This document shows, piece by piece, positions 41,671-54,955 of a stretch of 64,000 nucleotides of DNA. This stretch comes from an uncultured delta proteobacterium. Its GTDB lineage: Bacteria; Myxococcota_A; Polyangia; Polyangiales; Polyangiaceae. The notes beneath the pieces were generated by a model, which searched no databases, had not been told where the DNA came from, and worked only from the letters and a program-made list of their open reading frames with translations. The position numbers were made by a program, and so were the translations under genes. Numbering within the stretch: the stretch's first letter is position 1; each line of letters starts with the position of its first letter. The stretch spans positions 2,880,001 to 2,944,000 of the forward strand of contig CAWAIF010000003.1 in the NCBI GenBank assembly GCA_963782055.1. Direction: 5' to 3'.

Positions 41671-44187
41671 GTGCGTCGCGTCGTCCTTGCCTCCTTCGTC
41701 CTCGGCCTCTCCTACTGCTCGTCCTCGTCAGAGCCGCCTTCTCCGCCGGTGTCGTCGACGTACGGCGTCTTCACCGTGGTCCTCTCCCCGGACAGCGCCG
41801 ATCTGGACGTGCAGGGGCCGGACGGCAAGAAGCTCCTGGAAGGGCTCCCGGCGTCGGGCGACGTGGGCGCCGGCTTCTCGCAGAACGACGACGCGCCGCC
41901 GATGACGGGCTTCGCGGTCCGCGACGTGGCCACGAGCTACGACATGCTCTACGGCGCCTTCAAGATCGTCGACACGCCGAACGCCCCGTGGCGCGTGGCG
42001 AGCAAGGGGAGCTGGGCGGGCGGCAGCGCGCCGGTGGAGCTGCTCGACGGGAGCGGCGCGAAGCTGGCGTCCATCACCTTCTCGCGCGACGGCGACGACA
42101 ATGGCCTCGTCGCCGACATCGAGCCGGGCGACGGCCCGGAGCGCCGCTTCTCCTGGGGCTTCCGCTGCGCGCCGGACGATCACTTCCTGGGCTTCGGCGC
42201 GCAGACGTGGGGCGTGGACGGCCGCGACGAGAGCATCCCCATCTGGGTGCAGGAGGAGGGGATCCGCAAGGACCTCACCACCGACGATCCCACCGGCGCG
42301 TGGTTCCTCGTCGGCCGCCGGCACTCGTCGTACATGCCGATGCCGGAGTTCCTCTCCAGCCGCGGCATCTACGTGGTCGCGGAGACCGACCACCTCTCGC
42401 AGTTCGCGCTCTGCAAGGAGCGCGAGGACGTGGGGCGCATCCAGCTCCAGATGCCGGTGAAGCTGCACCTCTTCTACGGGCCGGACGCCAAGGCGGCCAT
42501 CACCCGCATGACCGCGCGCTTCGGCCGGCCGCGCGTGCCGCCGGACTTCGCCTTCGCGCCGTGGAACGACGCCATCTTCGGGTCCGCCAACGTGCGGCGC
42601 GTGGCGGACAAGCTGCGGCAGCTCGGCATCCCCTCCAGCGTCATCTGGACGGAGGACTGGCGCGGCGGGGACGCCGGGCCGGACAACCGCTACGCCCTCA
42701 AGGAGGAGTGGGAGGTCGACCGGACGCTCTACCCGGACTTCGAGCAGGTCGCCAAGGACCTGCACGCCGCCGGCTTCAAGTGGCTGGTGTACTTCAACCC
42801 CTTCGTCGAGACGGACAGCAAGGCGTACCCGGAGACGGCGCCCAACGGGTATCTGATCCAGAAGTCCGACGGGACGCCGTACCTCTTCCAGGACGCCAAG
42901 TTCATCGACAGCTCGCTCGTCGACCTCTCCAAGCCGGCGGCGATCGCCTGGGCGGTGAAGAAGATGCAGGAGGCGCTGAAGATGGGGGCCGACGGCTGGA
43001 TGGGGGACTACTCGGAGTGGCTGCCCACCGACGCGACGCTCGCCGGCGGCAGCGGCCTGGACCTGCACAACCGCTACCCGGTCCTCTGGCAAGAGGCGCA
43101 GCGGCAGGCGCTCGACGGGATGAAGGACGGCGTCGAGCGGCTGGACTTCGTGCGCACGGGCTGGTTCGGCACGCCGGGTCTGGCCGACGTCTTCTGGGGC
43201 GGCGATCAGCAGAGCGACTTCCAGCCGGACGACGGGCTGCCGACGGTGATGCCCATCGGCCTGGGCGTGGGCCTCTCCGGCGTCTCGACGTACGGCAGCG
43301 ACGTGGGCGGATACCAGAACATCAACAGCCAGCCCAGCACGAAGGAGCTCTTCTTCCGCTGGACGGAGATCGGCGCCTTCAGTCCGGTGATGCGCACCCA
43401 CCACGGCTCGGCGCCGAAGCCCAACTGGAGCTGGGAGTCGGACACCGAGACGACCGACTTCTGGACGCGCTACGCGCGGCAGCACATCGCGCTCGCGCCG
43501 TACCTGGAGGAGCTGGCGCGCCGCGCGCACGACACCGGCATCGCCATCTGGCGGCCGCTCGCGGTGGAGTTCCCGGGCGACGCGCGGCTGTGGCCGCTCG
43601 CAGACGAGGTGATGGTGGGGGAAGGGATGCTGGTCGCGCCCGTCCTGACGCAGGGGGCCACCAGCCGCGAGGTGATGCTGCCCGCGGGGACGTCGTGGTT
43701 CCCGTGGAACGGCGGCGCGCCTGTCGCCGGCGGCGGGACGGTGACCGCCGACGCGCCGATGAGCGAGATCCCGGTCTACGCACGCGCCGGCGCGGTCATC
43801 CCGACCTTTCCCGACGGGGTGGAGACGCTGACGCACGAGCCGTCCAGCGCGGCCAACCAGAGCTTCGCCGGCGACGACCGGGTGGTGCTCGCCTTCGCCG
43901 GGGCGGACGGCTCCTTCTCCGAGCGCAACGGCGCGGTCTACACGCTCTCCAGCGGCGCCTACGCCGCGTCGACCGACGCGCCGGCGGTGACCTTCGACGG
44001 CGTGGCGCTCGCCGCGTGCGGCGGTACGCCCGCGCCGCCCTGCTTCACGAGCGACGCCGAGGGCGTCCGCGCCTACGTGAAGGGCGCTGGGAAGCTGGCC
44101 GTCACGCGGGGGGCGGCGAGCATCGCCACGCTGGAGATCGCCACGCCCAACACGCTGGCCACCTTCGAGGTGCGGCTCCGCTTCTGA
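41671..44187 (+). CDS. Exported glycoside hydrolase family 31 (YihQ-like subgroup)
   Basis: WTEDW, YFNPF, DGWMGDYSE, HNRYP, WGGDQ, SDVGGY, FSPVMRTHHG, IPVYARAG; signal/lipobox. Confidence 0.9.
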   Translation: MRRVVLASFVLGLSYCSSSSEPPSPPVSSTYGVFTVVLSPDSADLDVQGPDGKKLLEGLPASGDVGAGFSQNDDAPPMTGFAVRDVATSYDMLYGAFKIVDTPNAPWRVASKGSWAGGSAPVELLDGSGAKLASITFSRDGDDNGLVADIEPGDGPERRFSWGFRCAPDDHFLGFGAQTWGVDGRDESIPIWVQEEGIRKDLTTDDPTGAWFLVGRRHSSYMPMPEFLSSRGIYVVAETDHLSQFALCKEREDVGRIQLQMPVKLHLFYGPDAKAAITRMTARFGRPRVPPDFAFAPWNDAIFGSANVRRVADKLRQLGIPSSVIWTEDWRGGDAGPDNRYALKEEWEVDRTLYPDFEQVAKDLHAAGFKWLVYFNPFVETDSKAYPETAPNGYLIQKSDGTPYLFQDAKFIDSSLVDLSKPAAIAWAVKKMQEALKMGADGWMGDYSEWLPTDATLAGGSGLDLHNRYPVLWQEAQRQALDGMKDGVERLDFVRTGWFGTPGLADVFWGGDQQSDFQPDDGLPTVMPIGLGVGLSGVSTYGSDVGGYQNINSQPSTKELFFRWTEIGAFSPVMRTHHGSAPKPNWSWESDTETTDFWTRYARQHIALAPYLEELARRAHDTGIAIWRPLAVEFPGDARLWPLADEVMVGEGMLVAPVLTQGATSREVMLPAGTSWFPWNGGAPVAGGGTVTADAPMSEIPVYARAGAVIPTFPDGVETLTHEPSSAANQSFAGDDRVVLAFAGADGSFSERNGAVYTLSSGAYAASTDAPAVTFDGVALAACGGTPAPPCFTSDAEGVRAYVKGAGKLAVTRGAASIATLEIATPNTLATFEVRLRF

Positions 44188-44249
44188 GCGCCCGCGGCCG
44201 GCTTCCCCGCCCCCTGTCCCCCCTGTCCCCCTTTCTGTCCCGGGACACC

Positions 44250-44299
44250 AAACGTCGGAGTGCAAGCAGGCTGGCACTTCGACGTTTCAGCGGGAATCT
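44250..44299. repeat. ~50-bp REP-like hairpin element (contains palindrome copy 4)
   Basis: AAACGTCGGAGTGC-AAGCAGGCTG-GCACTTCGACGTTT-CAGCGGGAATCT; inverted homolog at 52215-52261. Confidence 0.8.
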
Positions 44300-44314
44300 G
44301 CGAGGGGGGTGGGG

Positions 44315-44330
44315 TGGCACGGGAGGTGCT
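44315..44330 (+). promoter_or_regulatory. Sigma54 (-24/-12) promoter of the MarR-family gene
   Basis: TGGCACGGGAGGTGCT matches TGGCACG-N4-(T/G)TGC; palindrome TGTCCCGGGACA (44236-44247) at enhancer distance. Confidence 0.65.
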
Positions 44331-44343
44331 CTGGATGGTGGGA

Positions 44344-44931
44344 ATGGACCCTGTGTTCTTCACCATCAAGCGGGCCTACTACGCGACGCTCAAGCTGACA
44401 CGGCGGGCGCTGGCGGCGATGGGGCTCACGGCAGCGCGGTACGACCTGCTCGACGCGCTCTACAAGCTCGGCACGCGCACCATCTCGCTTCAGAGCCAGC
44501 TCCGGCGCGCGATGGGCGTCGCCCGCTCCACCATCAGCCGCATGATGCGGTCGCTCGAGCAGCTGGGGCTCGTCACCCGGCGCCGCGACGGGCGCGACTG
44601 CATCGTCGCGCTCACCCCCGAAGGTCGGCGACGCGTGCGGCGCGCCCACTACGGGCTGGTGCTCGTGGGGCACGTCGGCCTCGCCCTGGACGGCGCGCTC
44701 GCGCCGGGAGAGCGCCGCTGGCCCGATGTCCGCGCGTGCAGGCGCGCGCGCAGGCACCTGGAAGCGCTGTGCATGCGCATCCGCCTCGGCTTCGGCGACG
44801 AGGCCGTCCTCGACAGGCGCACCGAGTACGGCTTCTGGGTCCTGCGGGCCGAGGAGCGCACCCGCCGCGCGCGCGCCCATCAGCAGCGCCGCGAGCTCGA
44901 GCTGGAGCGTGCGCGCACGGGCCTCGCCTAG
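44344..44931 (+). CDS. MarR-family winged-helix transcriptional regulator
   Basis: GLTAARYDLL, QSQLRRAMGVARSTISRMMRSLEQLGLVTR..DGR...VALTPEG. Confidence 0.85.
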   Translation: MDPVFFTIKRAYYATLKLTRRALAAMGLTAARYDLLDALYKLGTRTISLQSQLRRAMGVARSTISRMMRSLEQLGLVTRRRDGRDCIVALTPEGRRRVRRAHYGLVLVGHVGLALDGALAPGERRWPDVRACRRARRHLEALCMRIRLGFGDEAVLDRRTEYGFWVLRAEERTRRARAHQQRRELELERARTGLA

Positions 44932-44981
44932 GGGGGTACCGCGATCAGGTCCCGGGCTCCGGCCAGCGCCACGACCGCGGA

Positions 44982-46765
44982 CTACTTCGTGCTGGGGCCC
45001 ATCCCGTTGCGCAGGAGGTTCCCGCGCCCCGTCGGCCAGAGGACGCACTGCGTGCCCGAGCCGGGCACGGTGAAGACGTCCAGGCCATGGTCGAAGGTGG
45101 AGACGACGATCTCCAGCTGGCCGTCGCCGTCCAGATCCCCACAGCGGGCGCCGCCGGGATGCCGATGCCGTTGCCGTCCTTGCCCTGGTTGGGCAGTGGT
45201 ACGTCGAAGAGCAGCGCGCCGGTGTTCTCCAGCACGATGAGGTGGCCCCCGCCCGGCTGTAGCGAGTAGGTGCCGAAGATGATCTCCGGCGTGCCGTCCT
45301 TGTTCAGGTCGGCGACGACGGCCTCCGAGGCGAAGGTCTTGGCCACGCCCTTGGCGTAGTCGTAGCGCCAGAGGACCTTGCCGTCGGGGCCCACCGCGTA
45401 GAGGTAGCCGTCGTTGATCGGCGCGATGATCTCCGGCCGCGCGTCGCCCAGGATGTTGACCGTCGTCGGCGCGGGGATGCCGTTGGGGGGGTAGTAGTCG
45501 CCGCTCGCGCGCACCGGCGGCTTGTCGCTGAAGGGCAGGGTGCGGAAGGCCGGCAGGCGCTTCGCCGCCAGCGAGCCGTCGCCCTGCGCGCCCTGCAGCA
45601 CCATGAAGGCGTAGCCCTGCGTCTCGTACGGCTGGTGCTCCTCCGCGTTGGGGATGCCGACCACCTCGTTCTTCCCGTCGCCGTCGATGTCCACCACGTT
45701 GGGCGGCGAGGCCGTCCACTGAAGCCACATGGTGGTGTCCACGCTCGGCCAGGGGCCGGTCTGCGTGTGGTACTGCGCGTCCTCCACGTCCGGGTCGAAC
45801 CAGCGGATGAACTGCCCCCACCCCATGCGCTGCCCGGCGTACTTCGTCGCGCGGTTCTTGTACCAGTCGCTCGCCAGGACGGAGGTGCCGTCCTTCTTGA
45901 AGGCGTTGATCTGGTGGTTGTCGTAGGTGACCAGGATCTCCAGGTCCTTGTCGTCGTCGATGTTGCCGATGCCGACGTTCTCCCCGTAGCAGCCGTAGCC
46001 CTGGTTGCCCTGGCCGTTGAAATCGGCGTCGTTGCCCGGGCCGGTGGCGGTGTTGTAGCGCGGCCAGGCCGGCGTGACCGCGGCGCCGGCGGGCTGGTAG
46101 AGCGTACCGTCCGGCTCGAAGACGAAGACCTGCGCGCCGGTCTTCGAGGTGTTGGTGGTGGTGACGACGACCTCGATCTTGCCGTCGCCGTCCAGGTCCG
46201 CCGCGGCCATGCCGCGCACCTCCGGGCACTGCCCGCCGCTGCACGTGGACACGGGCCAGCCCGCCTTGACCGAGAGGGTGCCTCCCTTCCACTCGTAGGC
46301 GGCGACGCTCGTGCCCTGAGTCTTGCCGTCGCTGCCGCCGACGACCACCTCCATCGTGCCGTCCCCGTCCAGATCCGCGACCACGCCCGGCGCGTACACG
46401 CGGCCGCCAGTGGCGGTGCCCTTGGCGAGCCGCTTTCCCTGCGCGTCGAAGACGAAGGTGCTGTAGTCCGGCGCGACGATCTCCTTCTTGCCATCCTTGC
46501 CCAGGTCGACGATCGCCGGCGACGAGAACCAGCCCGTCTCGCCCGTCTTGATGTTGCGCACGAAGGTCGGGGCCTGCACGTCGCCGGAGCTCCCCCCCGC
46601 CTTGCACGCGGCGGTCTCGGCGACCGACCCGTCGTCGATCACGCTGCTGTCGCGCGGGCCGGCGTCGTCGCCGTTGCCGTTGCTGGTGTCGTCGCCGCCG
46701 CAGGCGACGGCGAGCAGCACCAAGGTGGACACCCCGGAGACGAGAAGAAGCGCCCAGGCTCGCAT
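44982..46765 (-). CDS. FG-GAP/VCBS-repeat lipoprotein (apparent frameshift near 3' end)
   Basis: Lipobox AVAC; repeated ADLDGDG..EVVV; last repeat GDLDGDGQLEIVV continues in another frame after the C4 run at 45137-45140; proper stop at 44982. Confidence 0.85.
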
Positions 46766-46833
46766 GCGAACATGATAGCCGAAGCGCGCTCGCGTGGTGC
46801 CCTTCCGGCGTACGTGGCGGTACCCTGGTTGAG

Positions 46834-47841
46834 ATGGTCACACACCTCCTCGTCGGCAACCCCACCGCGCAGAGCGGAAAGAACGCGGCGCGCATCGAGA
46901 GGGCGCGGTCGCTCCTCGCCACGCACGGCATCGCGAGCGATCTGCTGGCGACCCTCCCTGGCGGCAAGACGGTCGGCGCGGTGACCGAGGCGCTCGACCG
47001 CGGTGGCTACTCGTGCGTCGTGACCATGGGCGGCGACGGCACCTTCCGCGAGGTCGCCTCCGGGCTGCTGGGCAGCGCGCGCGGGGAGTCCATCGCGATG
47101 GGGATGCTGCCGACGGGCACCGCCAACGATCAGGGACGCAGCTTCGGCCTGGAGGCGGGCGAGGCGGCGCTGGAGCGCAACGTCGAGGTCGTCGCGGCGG
47201 CCAAGGAGACCCGGCTGGACGCCGGCCGGATCGAGGCCGCCCGCCCCGACGCGAGCGTGCAGTCTGCATACTTCTTCGACTCCGCGGGCTGGGGGCTCTC
47301 CGCGCGTGTGCTGGCGGAGCGCAACGCCGAGCGTGAGGCGGTGCAGCAGGTGCCCATCCTCCGCGACGTGTACCGGGACTACCTGGTGTACGCGAGCTCG
47401 CTGCTCAAGGTGTTTCTGGACTCGTACACGGTGAACGACAAGTTCACGTGCGAGGTGGAGCACGAGAGCGGCACGGAGCGGCTGGAGGGGCTCACCGACC
47501 TCATCGTGAAGGGGACGCGCGTCTACGGCGGGGCCTGGGTGTTCGACCGTGGCTCCCGCCACGACGACGGCCTCTTCGAGGTCATCCCCTTCCGCGGCAA
47601 GCGCGACTGGACGAGCAAGGCCATCGTGGACCTGGAGGGCAATCCGGTGACCGAGGAGATGCTCAACCAGATCGGCGTGGAGCACTCCCACTCCTTCCGC
47701 GTCGCCCGGGCGACGCTGCGCTTCCGCCCGCCGGAGGGCGGCGCCCCCCTCGCCGCGCAGATCGATGGCGAGGAGTTCCTCGCGTCGACCCAGGCGCGCA
47801 TCGAGGTCCTCCCCCGCGCCGTGCGCCTCATCGTGCCGTAG
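46834..47841 (+). CDS. Diacylglycerol/lipid kinase family (YegS/BmrU-like)
   Basis: NPTAQSG, GGDGT, LPTGTAND, YGG, DDGLFEV, QIDGE. Confidence 0.9.
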   Translation: MVTHLLVGNPTAQSGKNAARIERARSLLATHGIASDLLATLPGGKTVGAVTEALDRGGYSCVVTMGGDGTFREVASGLLGSARGESIAMGMLPTGTANDQGRSFGLEAGEAALERNVEVVAAAKETRLDAGRIEAARPDASVQSAYFFDSAGWGLSARVLAERNAEREAVQQVPILRDVYRDYLVYASSLLKVFLDSYTVNDKFTCEVEHESGTERLEGLTDLIVKGTRVYGGAWVFDRGSRHDDGLFEVIPFRGKRDWTSKAIVDLEGNPVTEEMLNQIGVEHSHSFRVARATLRFRPPEGGAPLAAQIDGEEFLASTQARIEVLPRAVRLIVP

Positions 47842-47852
47842 CCCTTCTTCCT

Positions 47853-47883
47853 CCCCCCCGCGCCCTCGTAGGGGCGAGGGGGG
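47853..47883. terminator. GC hairpin between convergent lipid-kinase and smc genes
   Basis: CCCCCCCGCGCCCTC-GTA-GGGGCGAGGGGGG; no clear U-tract. Confidence 0.45.
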
Positions 47884-47887
47884 CAGG

Positions 47888-51514
<3,627 letters not shown>

Positions 51515-51873
51515 GCACCCGCTCCGGAGCGTCTCCGCTCCCACACTCCGCCCGAGACCCAGGTGGGCCAACTTTTCTGCAATCGCAACGCGCCAGCCTG
51601 CGCGCCTGCGCAGGTAAGGCCATGACTATGGCCGTAGGGCAAGCGTAACGTCACTTCACATAAGGTCACTGTCCACTTGCACAGGTACGCCTGCGAGGAG
51701 CCCTCTTCAAGGGAAAAACGCGTGTATTTCGCACGTATCCACAATTTGTCCAGAGGGAGGCGCCTTGACAGGTGGCCAGCGGCGGCCATACGTGTGGCGA
51801 TGGGTGCGCCGCGTGCGGCGAGCCCCCGCCTGCCCCCGGCGGCCAAGGGGGCGCGAGGCGACCAAGCGACCCC

Positions 51874-52200
51874 ATGCCGACCTACGACTACGCCTGTAAG
51901 AGCTGCGGCCATCAGTGGGAGACGGTGCAGCGCATCTCGGCGGATCCGCTCACCGAGTGCCCCAAGTGCCACGCCCAGACCGCCCAGCGGCTGATCAGCG
52001 GGGGCAACTTCATCCTGAAGGGGGGCGGCTGGTACGCCGACCTCTACTCCTCGGCGAAGCCCGCATCCTCCGCCTCCGGCTCCGGCAAGGAGACGAAGAG
52101 CGAGTCCAAGGGGGAGAGCTCTTCGGGTTCGTCCTCCACCGCGCCGACCGCGCCGAGCGCGCCGGCTCCGGCGAAGAGCGGCTCGTCCCCGAAGGAGTGA
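51874..52200 (+). CDS. FmdB-family zinc-ribbon protein
   Basis: MPTYDYACKSCG...CPKC...LISGGNFILKGGGWY; Ser-rich tail; TTGACA at 51765-51770 upstream. Confidence 0.9.
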   Translation: MPTYDYACKSCGHQWETVQRISADPLTECPKCHAQTAQRLISGGNFILKGGGWYADLYSSAKPASSASGSGKETKSESKGESSSGSSSTAPTAPSAPAPAKSGSSPKE

Positions 52201-52214
52201 GGGCCTTTCCCCCA

Positions 52215-52261
52215 AGATTCCCGGCGAAACGTCGGAGTGCGAGCATGCTAACACTCCGACG
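52215..52261. repeat. ~47-bp REP-like hairpin element (contains palindrome copy 5)
   Basis: AGATTCCCGGCGAAACGTCGGAGTG-CGAGCATGCTAA-CACTCCGACG, reverse-complement homolog of 44250-44299; between convergent genes. Confidence 0.8.
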
Positions 52262-52275
52262 AACGGGGGGATGGG

Positions 52276-52767
52276 TCAGGGGGCGGGGGGGGAGCCCAGC
52301 ACCCAGCGGCGTACGTCGGCGGGGCTGGCGCCCATGCTCTCCGCCACGCTCGCGACCACGACTCGCGAGATGCGACCCCCCGGCGGCCTCGCCAGAAGCG
52401 CCAGCCGTTCGCGGCCCCACGCCCGCGCGGGGTCCTGGTGGGCCTCCTCGAACGCGCGCTCCATTGCGGCGTCGACCACGCGTCGCCGCCCGAGCCATCG
52501 CTTGACCTCCAGCGCCAGCCGCATCTCGCGGTGGTAGCGGCTCATCGCCACCATCCAGCGCTCCGGCTCGCCGCCGCGCGCGCGGTCGAGCGCGGTGAGG
52601 CGTCGCTCGATGCTCTCGAGGGGCAACGCATCAATCTCGCGCAGCGCGCCGGGGAAGCGCAGGGCCAGGGCGCGCAGACGAGGCGTCGGATCGTGGGGCA
52701 CGCCGCTCGCGTCAAGACGCCTCAGCGCGAGCATCTCCTGGTACTTCTGGCCGAGCTCCTCGAGCAC
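52276..52767 (-). CDS. Hypothetical protein
   Basis: Fills the fmdB-pheA gap; KYQEMLALR, RFPGALREID; CACAAT 6 nt upstream of GTG. Confidence 0.65.
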   Translation of the reverse strand: MLEELGQKYQEMLALRRLDASGVPHDPTPRLRALALRFPGALREIDALPLESIERRLTALDRARGGEPERWMVAMSRYHREMRLALEVKRWLGRRRVVDAAMERAFEEAHQDPARAWGRERLALLARPPGGRISRVVVASVAESMGASPADVRRWVLGSPPAP

Positions 52768-52837
52768 GGGGTCATTGTGACACTTGTTGCGGCGCGTGTG
52801 GACGATGCGCCCGCGCGCCCTTACGCTTCCCCTCGAG

Positions 52838-53902
52838 ATGAGCGACGCCAAGCGCGAGGTGGAGGATCTCCGGCAGGAGCTGGTGCGGGTCGACGGGCAG
52901 ATCCTCGCGGGCCTGGAGAAGCGAGCCAAGCTGTCGCGCCGCGTGGGCGAGCTGCGCAAGGACCAGCCCGCGCAGCTCCCCCTCACCGAGAAGGCGCAGA
53001 TCTCGACCGTCGTCGCGCGCGCGAGCGGGGACATGCCAGCGGAGGACCTGCGCGTGATCTTCGCGCACGTGTACGCGAGCTGCCTCGCGCTGGAGCTGCC
53101 GGTGAAGGTGGCCTACCCCGGACCGGAGGGCGGCGCGGCGCACTCGGCCGTGCGCGCGCGGTTCGGCGCGGGGGTGGAGCTGCACGTGGTCGAGGGTGTG
53201 CCCGCCACGCTGGCGGAGGTGACGGCCCACCGCGCCGAGTTCGGGGTCGTCCCCATCGAGACGATGGCTGATGGCCCGGTGCAGGGCACCATCGCCGCGC
53301 TCGTGGCCTCCGACCTGAAGATCGTCTCCGCCATCGAGGTCGCCACCGAGCTGTGCCTCGCCAACAGAACGGGCAACGACGCGGACGTGGACAAGGTGTA
53401 CGCGACGGCGTCCGACCACGCGCGCGGGCAGAACGCGCTCGCGGCGCTGGCACGGCGGGTGACCGTGTTCGACGTGAAGACACCACACATGGCGTGTCAG
53501 CTCGCGGCCGAGGACCACGGCGCTGCCGCCCTCTGCACGGAGGACTTCGCCGCCGAGCAGGGCCTCGCCGTCGCGCGCAGGGGGATGGAGCAGCCGGAGC
53601 GCATCCGCTACGCCATCGTCGGCTCGCGACCCGGCGGCCGCACCGGGGACGACGCCACCGCGTGCGTCTTCTCCGTGAACGACGCGCCCGGCGCGCTGCT
53701 CTCGGTGCTCAAGCTCTTCGCCGAGCGGGGCGTCAGCCTGAAGAACATCCAGTCGCGCCCGGCGCGGGGCGAGGAGTGGGTGTACCTCTTCTTCGTGGAG
53801 CTGACGGGCCACGCGACGGACCGCGCGCTGGTGACGGCGTTCGACGACGTGCGCAAGCAGACGCGGTTCTTCAAGGTTCTGGGCTCGTATCCCGCGCTCT
53901 GA
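52838..53902 (+). CDS. pheA: Chorismate mutase/prephenate dehydratase/ACT protein (divergent)
   Basis: N-terminal CM helix LRQELVRVDGQIL, VAYPGPEG, GVVPIE, ACT domain PGALLSVL...IQSRP...YLFFVEL, VLGSYP. Confidence 0.8.
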   Translation: MSDAKREVEDLRQELVRVDGQILAGLEKRAKLSRRVGELRKDQPAQLPLTEKAQISTVVARASGDMPAEDLRVIFAHVYASCLALELPVKVAYPGPEGGAAHSAVRARFGAGVELHVVEGVPATLAEVTAHRAEFGVVPIETMADGPVQGTIAALVASDLKIVSAIEVATELCLANRTGNDADVDKVYATASDHARGQNALAALARRVTVFDVKTPHMACQLAAEDHGAAALCTEDFAAEQGLAVARRGMEQPERIRYAIVGSRPGGRTGDDATACVFSVNDAPGALLSVLKLFAERGVSLKNIQSRPARGEEWVYLFFVELTGHATDRALVTAFDDVRKQTRFFKVLGSYPAL

Positions 53903-53968
53903 AGCGGCTGTTCGGGGAGCCGCGCTTGGCGGTCGCTTGTCGCCGCCGGTCGGGTTACCTTGGCCAGG

Positions 53969-54955
53969 ATGCTGACGGCTCGAAAGTCACCGTTCGCCGC
54001 GGCGATCGTGGCCCTTGCGCTCGCCGCGGGTGCGTGCGGCGGCGGCGCGGCCCAGAACGCCGAGGTCGCCAAGGCCCCGTCGGCTGCCCTGTCGATGGAC
54101 ACCATCGACAAGGATCCGCTGGTCCTGTTGCCGTCCGGCCCGCTCGCCGTCGCGACGGTCGACGCCAAGGCGCTCTACGCCAGCCAGTCCTTCGGCGCGC
54201 AGGCGGCGAAGCTCGCCGAGATGTACTTCCCCCTCGGCGCCGACGCCGGCTTCTCCCCGTCGAAGGACCTCGACCGCGTCACCATCGGCTCCTACTCCCT
54301 GCAGGGCGTCGACGTGCTCGCCGTGCTCAGCGGCCGCTTCGACGTCGACAAGATCGCCCTCGCCGCCAAGAACCACACCCAGACGAAGGCGGGCGTGGTC
54401 GTGCAGTCGACGTACGCCGGCCACGACGTCTACACCGTCGCGAACGTGGGCGTCACCGTGCTCTCGCCACACACCGCCCTCGCCGGGACGGAGGGCGCGA
54501 TCCGCCGCGCCCTCGACCGCCTCAAGGACGGGCGGGTGAAGCGTGACGTCCACCCGTGGATGCTCGAGACCATCGAGACGGCGGGCGCGGCCTTCGCGCT
54601 CGCCGCCGACTTCAAGGACCAGCCCCTCAGCGGCGTCAGCGTATCCGGCTTCCGCCTCGCGGCGGCGGAGGGCCTCGCCGCCGCGCGCGCCGTCGGCACC
54701 TTCCAGTCGCCCGGCGTGCAGGTCGCGGGGTCGCTCACCTACAAGGACGCCGACCACGCCAAGAGCGCGGTGCCCGCGATCAAGCAGCTCATCGCGATCG
54801 CCAACGCGACCGCCGGCTTGACGGGCGTCTTCCCCCAGATCCAGAGCCCGACGCTCGCCGTGAAGGACTCCGACGTGCAGATCACCTTCGGAGTGGACGA
54901 GACCTCCCTCGAGAACTTCCTCACCAAGCTCCCGCAGATCCAGCCGCCTCCATGA
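53969..54955 (+). CDS. Hypothetical lipoprotein
   Basis: Lipobox AGAC; DPLVLLP; strong GC3 bias; ATGA overlap with next gene. Confidence 0.75.
   Translation: MLTARKSPFAAAIVALALAAGACGGGAAQNAEVAKAPSAALSMDTIDKDPLVLLPSGPLAVATVDAKALYASQSFGAQAAKLAEMYFPLGADAGFSPSKDLDRVTIGSYSLQGVDVLAVLSGRFDVDKIALAAKNHTQTKAGVVVQSTYAGHDVYTVANVGVTVLSPHTALAGTEGAIRRALDRLKDGRVKRDVHPWMLETIETAGAAFALAADFKDQPLSGVSVSGFRLAAAEGLAAARAVGTFQSPGVQVAGSLTYKDADHAKSAVPAIKQLIAIANATAGLTGVFPQIQSPTLAVKDSDVQITFGVDETSLENFLTKLPQIQPPP

Noticed and set aside
51515..51873. oriC or parS next to smc
   Set aside because: Only imperfect DnaA-like boxes, no dnaA/dnaN, no clear unwinding element and no canonical parS 16-mer.
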